Source of the DNA: Bacteroidetes bacterium RIFCSPLOWO2_12_FULL_35_15
GTDB lineage: Bacteria; Bacteroidota; Bacteroidia; 2-12-FULL-35-15
NCBI GenBank assembly: GCA_001769385.1
Contig: MEPB01000068.1
Location: 63,917-127,916 of the forward strand
Length of the DNA stretch: 64,000 bases
Reading direction: 5' to 3'
Shown here: one piece after another, positions 17,679 to 25,591 of the stretch
How the letters are laid out: the number at the start of each line of letters is the position of its first letter
Numbering within the stretch: the first letter of the stretch is position 1
Program-made: the position numbers and the translations under genes
Notes under the pieces: model-generated
Told to the model about the DNA's origin: nothing
The model's database searches: none
Seen by the model: only the letters and a program-made list of their open reading frames with translations

Positions 17679-19991
17679 TTATTTTTTTATTACTATTTTC
17701 TTTATCTGTACACCTGAATCTGTATCGCATAATGATAATTCGCAGAGTTTCTGTACACCTTGTGTGTTTTTTGCTTTAAGAATATATTCTCCATTATTTA
17801 ATTTTGATAGATCAATTATCGTTGCATTGTTTACAATTTTTTGGTTATAAACAAGTTGTCCCAATTGATTAAATATTTCAATTGTGCCCATGTTATATGG
17901 GGTTATAATGTTTATTATTCCGGAATTTGGATTAGGATATACATTGAATTCTTTATCATTAGAAACAGTTTCTGATTTCCTTTCTGTTATTTCTATTGCA
18001 TTATTTCCTTCTTTCATTATTTCCGAATCATTATTTTCTGCAGTTGTTATTTCCATTTGTTTTCCGGCTGGAGTTGTAATTTGACAGACTGTGGAAAAAT
18101 TTCCCCATAAAGATCCGACTTTTGCTCTAACACGAACATCATATGTTTTGTTGTATTGAATTCCAATAATCCAACTTGGATTGAAAGCGCATTGCGAAGT
18201 ATTTGTTTTAATATAACTAAAACTACCATTCACAAACTCCCATTCATAATTAATCGCTCCTGGAACAGCATCGCAATAGATTAATTGATTTAGACTTGAT
18301 AAAACACTACCACAATCTAAAGTTCTCACTTTAGTATCGGGAATGTTTTGAGGAGTGGTAATTTGACAAACAGTCGCAAAAGTTCCCCATAAAGATCCAA
18401 CTTTTGCTCTAACACGGACATCATAAGTTTTGTTATATTCAATTCCAATAATCCATGTAGGATTGAAAGCACATTGCGAAGTATTTGTTTTACTATAACT
18501 AAAACTACCATTCACAAATTCCCATTCATAATTAATCGCTCCGGGAACAGCATCACAATAGATTAATTGATTGAGACTTGATAAAACACTTCCACAATCC
18601 AAAGTTCGTACTTTTGTATTAGGTATGCTTGCAGGAGTTGTAATTTGACACATAACATTAAAATTCCCCCATTTAGTACCAACTTTAGCTCTCACTCTCA
18701 CATCATAAGTTTTGTTGTATTCAATCCCTGAAATTAAAAAAAGAGCCATGGCATGATCACCATTACCTTTATTTTTTGTTTTGCTAAATCCGCTTGCAGT
18801 GTTTACAAACTCCCATTCGAAGTCTACAGCATTTTTAACACCATCACAGTATATTAATTGATTTAAAGTAACCAAAGTAATTCCACAATCTAATGCTCTC
18901 ACTTTTGTGTCGGGTGGACAACCGGTAGCATCCACTTGAATGCTTGAAGTATCAGAACTTGTACATCCATTTACATCTGTATAGGTATAGGTAATGAGGT
19001 GAATACCAACTCCAGCCAATCCAGGATTAAAATTTGTTCCTGTAACATTTGTTCCTGAATAAATACCACCAACAGGAGTCCCCCCAGATAGCGGGTACAC
19101 TGCTGTTAAAATACACGTATTAGAGAAGGTAGCAAGATTAACAATTGGTAATGGATTTACGGTAATAGTAATTGTTGCAGTGTTGGAACATGAATTTGCA
19201 TCTGTACCTGTAACCGTATAAGTTGTTGTAGAAGTCGGTACAAATGGAACACCATTGCTTACACCCCCTGACCAAACATACGATGAAGCACCACTGCCAC
19301 TCAATGTTGTACTGGCTCCTGCACAAAGTGTAGAAACAGTAGCACTCGCGGTAACTGCCGGTAATGGATTTACTGTAATTGTTACTGAGTTTGATTTTGT
19401 ACATCCTGTTGCTTCAATCGTTTCGGTTAATGTATAAGTTGTTGTTTCTGTCGGACTAACTGTTGGATTAGCTGATGTAGAAGTAAATCCTGCCGGGCTG
19501 GATACCCAGCTATACGTATTTCCTGCAACTGCTGTTGTTCCTAATACAGCATTATTTCCGATACAAATACCTGAAGAGGCTCCAGTAAAGGCTGCCGGTA
19601 ATGGATTGATTATAAAAGAGATTGAATTTCCACTAACGACAACAGGAGTTGTTGAAACAACCCGGATCTTATATCCTGTTCCAGGTGCAGTATTTAGTGG
19701 TATTATGGAAGGAATGGGGAAGCCATTAGCAACCGTGGATGTTATAGATCCAATATTTACAGGGCTTCCCCAGCCACCTGATGCGTCACTCAATTGCGCA
19801 ATAAATTGATTACCGGGAGTATAACTTCCCCCTTTAGTGAAAATAACACTTATAGAAGCTGCAGACCCGTAACACGCAACGCTTGGAGTTACTGAATTGA
19901 CGGTGAGTGAAGTACCTGCACCAAAAGTGTAGCTTGTAACGAATAACATATATAATGTTAGAACCGTTATTTTTTGTAGTATTGTTTTCAT
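17679..19991 (-). CDS. T9SS type A sorting domain protein with Ig-like/PKD-type repeats and three Cys-containing about 95-aa repeats
   Basis: Signal peptide; INPLP/TTTYT Ig-like repeats; three (P)DTKVR.LDCG...YDVRVRAKVG..WG repeats; CTD VYPNP...G.YILK...KKIVIKK. Confidence 0.85.
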   Translation of the reverse strand: MKTILQKITVLTLYMLFVTSYTFGAGTSLTVNSVTPSVACYGSAASISVIFTKGGSYTPGNQFIAQLSDASGGWGSPVNIGSITSTVANGFPIPSIIPLNTAPGTGYKIRVVSTTPVVVSGNSISFIINPLPAAFTGASSGICIGNNAVLGTTAVAGNTYSWVSSPAGFTSTSANPTVSPTETTTYTLTETIEATGCTKSNSVTITVNPLPAVTASATVSTLCAGASTTLSGSGASSYVWSGGVSNGVPFVPTSTTTYTVTGTDANSCSNTATITITVNPLPIVNLATFSNTCILTAVYPLSGGTPVGGIYSGTNVTGTNFNPGLAGVGIHLITYTYTDVNGCTSSDTSSIQVDATGCPPDTKVRALDCGITLVTLNQLIYCDGVKNAVDFEWEFVNTASGFSKTKNKGNGDHAMALFLISGIEYNKTYDVRVRAKVGTKWGNFNVMCQITTPASIPNTKVRTLDCGSVLSSLNQLIYCDAVPGAINYEWEFVNGSFSYSKTNTSQCAFNPTWIIGIEYNKTYDVRVRAKVGSLWGTFATVCQITTPQNIPDTKVRTLDCGSVLSSLNQLIYCDAVPGAINYEWEFVNGSFSYIKTNTSQCAFNPSWIIGIQYNKTYDVRVRAKVGSLWGNFSTVCQITTPAGKQMEITTAENNDSEIMKEGNNAIEITERKSETVSNDKEFNVYPNPNSGIINIITPYNMGTIEIFNQLGQLVYNQKIVNNATIIDLSKLNNGEYILKAKNTQGVQKLCELSLCDTDSGVQIKKIVIKK

Positions 19992-20118
19992 GGCTTTATA
20001 GATTTATACCACAAAAATAGATTCACTTGCAAACTATAAAAATGGCAATCGTCAAGAGATCGTATGATTTTAATTACAATAGAAAAAGGGATGTGGAATT
20101 TTTTTTGTGATTTTAAAA

Positions 20119-20192
20119 CTGTTCATTTCGAACGGAATGAAATGAGGTGAGAAATCTGTTTATTGAGGATAAGATCCTGCTGGTCGAAATAA
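20119..20192 (+). repeat. Single degenerate family A unit
   Basis: CTGTTCATTTCGAACGGAATGAAATGAGGTGAGAAATCTGTTTATTGAGG...GGTCGAAAT. Confidence 0.8.
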
Positions 20193-20417
20193 TAAAGATC
20201 AAAATTTTTGGTATCGAAATAAAGCGATTCGTAACGGCTTATTCTTTTCCTTTTACCTCCAACACCCGATAATCGTTTTTGATTTTTTTCGGAATATCAG
20301 GTAATTGATTGAGCCTGAAAACAAATTTAGTGTCTGTCCGGTCCATCAAAGCACATTATCCATTTCTTTTAGAGAAATAGTTTCAAAACCGGTTAATATA
20401 TTTTTTATTCCGTTCAA
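20190..20417 (-). pseudogene. Frameshifted, 3'-truncated VTC-domain (polyphosphate polymerase) gene
   Basis: Joining frames across two single-base shifts gives LNGIKNILTGFETISLKEMDNV/LMDRTDTKFVFRLNQLPDIPKKIKNDYRVLEVKGK/RISRYESLYFDTKNFDLYY, the typical N-terminus of Bacteroidota VTC proteins; it ends at the repeat unit. Confidence 0.75.
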
Positions 20418-20418
20418 T

Positions 20419-20988
20419 TTAATATTCGTAAGCGTATTTTTTTATAGAGATCAAATTCCCTTTTGAATCGGTAGTTTTTTTCTCAATTTTCATACTGTTT
20501 TTATCGTAAGTGTAAATTGACTTCTTAATGATATTGCCTTTATTATCAGTAGTTAACTCATATGTTTTTTCAGCTTTTGCATTATAACCATATTGCGTTT
20601 TTTCGATCAACTGATCTTTCCCATCATAAACATATTCTACCGTTTTATCTTTATTGTTATTGTATTCAGTAAGTGTTTTCTTTTTAATATTTCCTTTTTC
20701 ATCATAAATAATATCTTCAATTACATCATTGTTCTTATTGTATTTACGCGTTTCTTTTTTCTTGAATGTACCATCTTTATTATATTCTACATCCTCCACT
20801 TCATTGCCTGAATTATCAAATTTTTGATACGTTTCATTGAATGTTTTTTCTTTCCCATCCACCATTTCAGTAATAGTAACTGTAGATGATTTAATTTTTA
20901 ATTTTTTTACTTCTTTTTTACTTTGAGCAAAAGAGCTGTTACAAGAAAGTAGTAGCAGTACGAGGAAGAAAATGTTTTTAATTTTCAT
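20419..20988 (-). CDS. Secreted hypothetical protein with repetitive beta-hairpin (YD-like) motifs
   Basis: Signal peptide ending SFAQ; repeated Y(D/N)xxG(N)xxxK units. Confidence 0.7.
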   Translation of the reverse strand: MKIKNIFFLVLLLLSCNSSFAQSKKEVKKLKIKSSTVTITEMVDGKEKTFNETYQKFDNSGNEVEDVEYNKDGTFKKKETRKYNKNNDVIEDIIYDEKGNIKKKTLTEYNNNKDKTVEYVYDGKDQLIEKTQYGYNAKAEKTYELTTDNKGNIIKKSIYTYDKNSMKIEKKTTDSKGNLISIKKYAYEY

Positions 20989-21124
20989 AAGATAATTTTA
21001 AAAAGTAGTTTTTAATTGTAAATTTCGAAAGTATCTGCATCAACAGTGTCTTTCTTTCTTTTTATTCATTTCAATATTTTTGAAAACACAATTTTGCACC
21101 ATTTTGTTCATCAGATACTAACCT

Positions 21125-22651
21125 TCATTTTAAAATTTGAAGTTTTAGAAATTGGTCTTCATTTATTTTTAGAATGTAGAAACCTTCTGAGAACTCGGAA
21201 GTATTTATTTTTGCTGTTTTGTTTGTTGAAATGATTGTTTTTGTTTCCTGGCCGAAGGCATTAAAAATCGTAATCCTGTTTTCTTTTTCCTTTCCATTAA
21301 ACTCAATTGTAACCAGGTTGCTTGCCGGATTTGGATATACATGTACAGCGTTTGAAAAAGGATGGTTCTCATCTATCGCAACAAAACAATTATTCAGTGC
21401 CAACTCAGTAATAAGTGAATTTCTGCGAGCTGTTATAAATGATTTTAAACCTAAAATTGTTCCGCCTCCCGGGGGTGGGCCAGTTGTTGTAATGTCTGTT
21501 GTGAGATTATCTTCAAATTGCTGATTGGAATAAAACTTTTTTGTATCAGCATATACTGCGATGCGTATGGCATTGGCAAGTGAATCAATTTTCCCATCCA
21601 ATGCAGCATTACTGAAGTCATAATTTAACCATTGGCAAATAGTATTTATAAATTCGGTTTTATAATTATTGTTTTGCAGCATTTTTTGCATTAAAGGTCT
21701 GCTGCCCGATGGAATTGAAACAAAAAACATACTTAGGTTTTTTAGTTGGGTACTTGTCATTCCCATATTAAAATTTCCGAATGATTCATTCACATCCCAT
21801 GCTACCCATTCAAATTTATTACTTAAGGTATCGTGGTAAATATAATAATTATGACCGCTGCCGATGTATGAATCAAGATTTGCAAAAATATTTATAGCCG
21901 CCCATTGTTTAACAAAACTACCGGTATTGAATATTGTTTCGAGTGAATCGGAAAAATAGGTTCCGGTATTATTGATTTTATTAATAAAAGAAACCAGATC
22001 TGACCAATCATTTATGGTTTCATTCGTATGCAATTCGTATTTAGTGTAATAGGAAGAGGGAGTGCTATTGATCCATTTTAAATCACCGGATGGATCGCCT
22101 TTAAACATATTCCCCTGTTTATTACCAAAGTGTTTATTAAGAAATTGTTTGGTATCAATTTCTTCAATAAACGTATATAATCCCCAATAGCTTCCATTTA
22201 TGTAAACCTTTGTAAAAGCACATCTTGGAGCTCCTAAACCCTGTTCATTGTAAAAGTCACATGCCAGTTTTTCACGCAAAAAAGAAGGATCTTTAAACCC
22301 ATTGTTTAGATTGAATTTTTTTAACCCATCAACGTTTTGTCCGGCAACATATTCATTCAGACTTATTTTAAATGATTTTTTATCGCTTGGATTATTATAC
22401 GATGAATTGCCTTTGAATTTTATTCCAACATTCGAAATAACTGTTCCATCAATTTGTATATTTCCCGTTAAATATTGATCAAGCGGCATATATAATGTAA
22501 GAGAATCCCAATAGTTGGTTTGGCTGAAGGTCATGTATATTTCATGAACCTGAGGGGCTCCAAAAATAATATTGCCTTCAGTTTGTGCTAAAATAGGATT
22601 AGAAAGGATACTGAATAAAGCAAAAAAAGAGAGTCGCTTTTTTAGTTTCAT
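21125..22651 (-). CDS. CotH kinase family protein with T9SS C-terminal sorting domain
   Basis: VGIKFKGNSS, KKSFKI, DPSFLRE, YWGLY, NLDSY..SGHNYYIY, WDVNESFG; CTD VYPNPAS...GFYILKI. Confidence 0.88.
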   Translation of the reverse strand: MKLKKRLSFFALFSILSNPILAQTEGNIIFGAPQVHEIYMTFSQTNYWDSLTLYMPLDQYLTGNIQIDGTVISNVGIKFKGNSSYNNPSDKKSFKISLNEYVAGQNVDGLKKFNLNNGFKDPSFLREKLACDFYNEQGLGAPRCAFTKVYINGSYWGLYTFIEEIDTKQFLNKHFGNKQGNMFKGDPSGDLKWINSTPSSYYTKYELHTNETINDWSDLVSFINKINNTGTYFSDSLETIFNTGSFVKQWAAINIFANLDSYIGSGHNYYIYHDTLSNKFEWVAWDVNESFGNFNMGMTSTQLKNLSMFFVSIPSGSRPLMQKMLQNNNYKTEFINTICQWLNYDFSNAALDGKIDSLANAIRIAVYADTKKFYSNQQFEDNLTTDITTTGPPPGGGTILGLKSFITARRNSLITELALNNCFVAIDENHPFSNAVHVYPNPASNLVTIEFNGKEKENRITIFNAFGQETKTIISTNKTAKINTSEFSEGFYILKINEDQFLKLQILK

Positions 22652-22759
22652 TGTCGGTTAGTTTAGTATAAAATTAGGAAATAAAAAGAACATAACCAGC
22701 TATAAATATGTCATGTATTTTGTTCTATTTGCTTAGTTTTAATTTGTATCCAATTTGTT

Positions 22760-24979
22760 TCAAAGCCTAACTCCAATAACACACACATCATCTACCTGTT
22801 CTAAATTTCCTTTCCAATTTAAGAAGGTGTCGTTAAGAGTTTCCTTTTGTTTTGCAACCGGTTTATTCTGTATCGAAAGGAGGAGTTCCTTCATTTGGCT
22901 ATACTTAAATTTTTTTCCTTTTACACCACCAAATTGATCAGCATAACCATCTGTAAAAACATAAAATGAGGTTTCACCTTCCATCTTGAAAAAATGATTG
23001 TTAAATGGTTGCATTTCATCATTGTAGCCAATACACTGTTTGTCGGGCTTTATTTCGGTTAGTTCACCTTTATTAATAATGTATAAGGGGTTATTTGCAC
23101 CGGCCCATTGTAACTCTTTCGTTTCGAGATCCAACCGGATAAGCGACATATCCATTCCGTCTTTTGTTTCATTATCACGTCCGGTTTGATTCAGTTCTTT
23201 TACCACTTTATCTCGTAATTGATTAAGAATTTCGGAAGGGGTAAGTAATTGATTACTTGCAGTAATTTCATTTAGAAATGCCACTCCCAACATACTCATA
23301 AAGGCACCCGGAACTCCATGTCCTGTGCAATCAACAGCCGCCAGATAAAATTGTTTTCCTTTCTCAAGGGCCCAATAAAAATCACCGCTAACAATGTCTT
23401 TGGGCTTAAATAAAATAAAGTGTTCCGGCAAATGTTTGCTTACATGTTCCTGCTCTTTCAACAACGCATCCTGAATCCTCTTGGCATAGTTAATTGAATC
23501 AATAATGTCTTTATTTTTTTCTTCTACAATTTCTTTCTGCTCTTCAATAATTTTTTTCTGCTCTTCTGTTTGTCTGTTTTTCTCTTCAATTAATTTTTTT
23601 TGTTTACGGGTGAAACGCAATGCCCTGAAAATAAATCCGGCAAAAATAAAAACCAAAAGCAAACCACCCGAAACAAAAAGTAATATCAGTTGTTGTTTTT
23701 TAGCATTAACTTCAGTAAGTACATCTTTCTTGTCCTGCTCTGCTTTGCTTTGTGCTTCTTTTTTCTCATATTCATAAGTCATTTCCTTCCGGGTGATCTC
23801 TTTATTTTTATCAGAACTAAAAAGAGAATCCTTTATAGCCACGGCTTCTTCATAATGTTCAAGCGCTATAGAATACTTGCCGGTTGCTTTAAATAAATTA
23901 CTCAACGACAAATGACTTTCCCGGATATCATTCAATGAACCAAGTTCCTGGGCAATAACCAATGACCTGTTTAAATAATCTTCCGCTTCACTGTATTTTT
24001 TTGTTGCTGTATATAACATTCCAATATTTCGAAGCCCACTGGCAATTAAAACTTTTGATTCGATCTCTTCTCTGATTTTCAAGGATCGTAAAAAATAAGT
24101 AAGTGCTTGTTCATAATCCTTTTGGGTATAATAGATACTTCCGATATTACCAAGATTTCGCGCAATTCCACCTTTGTTATTAATTTCCTCGTTGATCTTT
24201 AATGCTTTTATATAAAAATCCAGTGCTTTTTTATTTTCCTTTTGTTCACCATAAACACCTCCCAGATTTCCAAGATGACGCGCAACCCCGGTTTTATTAC
24301 CCAGCTCTTCATCCATTTTTAATGCACGAAATAAGTAATCGAGTGTTTTCGGATAATTTTTAAGCATATAATACAAAGTGCCTATATTGCCCAGGTCAGT
24401 AGCGATTTCATTTTTTCCTCCAATCTCTTCATCCAGCTTCAGGGCCTGTAAATAATATTCAAGAGCTTTTGGATAATTCCCTTGCTTACGATGTACAATT
24501 CCAATATTTCCAAGAGTGGTTGCCTTTTGCAATTTTATTCTTTTGATTTGAGTTTTATTGGAATTATCAGATGACAAAAGCTCCTCCCAGACATCAAGTG
24601 CTTTTGAGTAGTATTTCATGGAAAGTGCATACTCATCTTTGTCATCATTAAAGGAACCAATTTGATAATAAGAAATTCCGATGCCTATTTTTATTGCCTT
24701 GACCAATGATGGATCTTGATTATTGGCTAGTATATTTTCAGCCAGCAGAAGTGCTTCTTTGCTCAGTGATAATGCAGTATCTGAATTATTGAAACTCAGT
24801 TGCCAGGCAAGTGCATTCAGGTAATTGACCTTTGATGTATCTTTTATTCCTGAAACAGCAGCAGAAGGATAGTTTTTTAAAAGTTTGGATAATGAATCAA
24901 TTTTGTCTTGCTGAGCGAATGAATTTAAATGAAAAAAAATAAAAATTAAACATATAAAGTGTTTTTCAACTGCTTTCAT
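22760..24979 (-). CDS. Periplasmic TPR - TM - coiled coil - SpoIIE/PP2C phosphatase signalling protein
   Basis: TPR repeats, one TM, DSINYAKRIQ, PKDIVSGDFYW, DCTGHGVPGA, DGMD, TDGYADQFGG, QVDD. Confidence 0.9.
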   Translation of the reverse strand: MKAVEKHFICLIFIFFHLNSFAQQDKIDSLSKLLKNYPSAAVSGIKDTSKVNYLNALAWQLSFNNSDTALSLSKEALLLAENILANNQDPSLVKAIKIGIGISYYQIGSFNDDKDEYALSMKYYSKALDVWEELLSSDNSNKTQIKRIKLQKATTLGNIGIVHRKQGNYPKALEYYLQALKLDEEIGGKNEIATDLGNIGTLYYMLKNYPKTLDYLFRALKMDEELGNKTGVARHLGNLGGVYGEQKENKKALDFYIKALKINEEINNKGGIARNLGNIGSIYYTQKDYEQALTYFLRSLKIREEIESKVLIASGLRNIGMLYTATKKYSEAEDYLNRSLVIAQELGSLNDIRESHLSLSNLFKATGKYSIALEHYEEAVAIKDSLFSSDKNKEITRKEMTYEYEKKEAQSKAEQDKKDVLTEVNAKKQQLILLFVSGGLLLVFIFAGFIFRALRFTRKQKKLIEEKNRQTEEQKKIIEEQKEIVEEKNKDIIDSINYAKRIQDALLKEQEHVSKHLPEHFILFKPKDIVSGDFYWALEKGKQFYLAAVDCTGHGVPGAFMSMLGVAFLNEITASNQLLTPSEILNQLRDKVVKELNQTGRDNETKDGMDMSLIRLDLETKELQWAGANNPLYIINKGELTEIKPDKQCIGYNDEMQPFNNHFFKMEGETSFYVFTDGYADQFGGVKGKKFKYSQMKELLLSIQNKPVAKQKETLNDTFLNWKGNLEQVDDVCVIGVRL

Positions 24980-25263
24980 ATACTACTCCTGAAATATGGG
25001 GTTTTACTAATAATTGCGTTTCAGAACAAATCTAACAAATAAATTGAATAATGACAATAAAGGCACTTTCTTCATCCGCAAAAAATCATATTCTATTCTG
25101 GCTTTGAATTAACCTATACTTTATAAGTGGAAGGGTATAAGAATAAGTGATTAAGTTTCAGGTACAATGTGCAATCAACTTTATAAATTTTTGGATGTCA
25201 GTAATGTGATTTTTTTGTTTTTTGGAGATCATGGGAATAAAAAATGCAGATTGATTCTTAAAT

Positions 25264-25372
25264 GTAATACCATTAGCTTATATAAAATATACCAATTATT
25301 TCCCTCTCTTTCGGAGAGGGATTAAGGGTGAGGTCAGAAAAAAAACTGTTTTATATAAGCTAATGGTATTAC
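25264..25372. mobile_element. MITE-like element with 24-bp perfect terminal inverted repeats carrying a family B hairpin
   Basis: GTAATACCATTAGCTTATATAAAA (25264-25287) and its exact reverse complement (25349-25372); family B repeat at 25301-25333 inside. Confidence 0.6.
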
Positions 25373-25516
25373 TATCAAATTCTGTCACCTGTTTTCGATA
25401 CCTATTTAATAATCAAAACACTCGAATCGAGGACATTCAGCCGAACAGAGGTGTTAAAGTCCCTGCCAGCCTATAATCGGCAGGCTGTTTCGCCAACGTA
25501 GCCGTTTTTATATTTA

Positions 25517-25559
25517 TGACTTAAGTCATTGTATTATAATTAATTATGTGCTTTTTTTG
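25517..25559 (+). promoter_or_regulatory. TGAY-N4-RTCA box plus -7-like element upstream of the PocR histidine kinase
   Basis: Perfect palindrome TGACTTAAGTCA (25517-25528); TTTTTTTG starts exactly 35 bp later (25552). Confidence 0.55.
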
Positions 25560-25591
25560 CACTACTCTTTAAGCTATTCCTTGCAAAAAAA

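Noticed and set aside
17260-17850. ORFs 17260..17568 and 17593..17850
   Set aside because: Translations of repeat units (SFRTEWNEERNL repeated) and antisense overlap with the T9SS gene and terminator.
25420-25505. Possible riboswitch or IS end upstream of the PocR kinase (CCTGCC...GGCAGG hairpin)
   Set aside because: Only one short stem, no recognisable aptamer consensus or partner terminal repeat, and it lies upstream of the predicted promoter.
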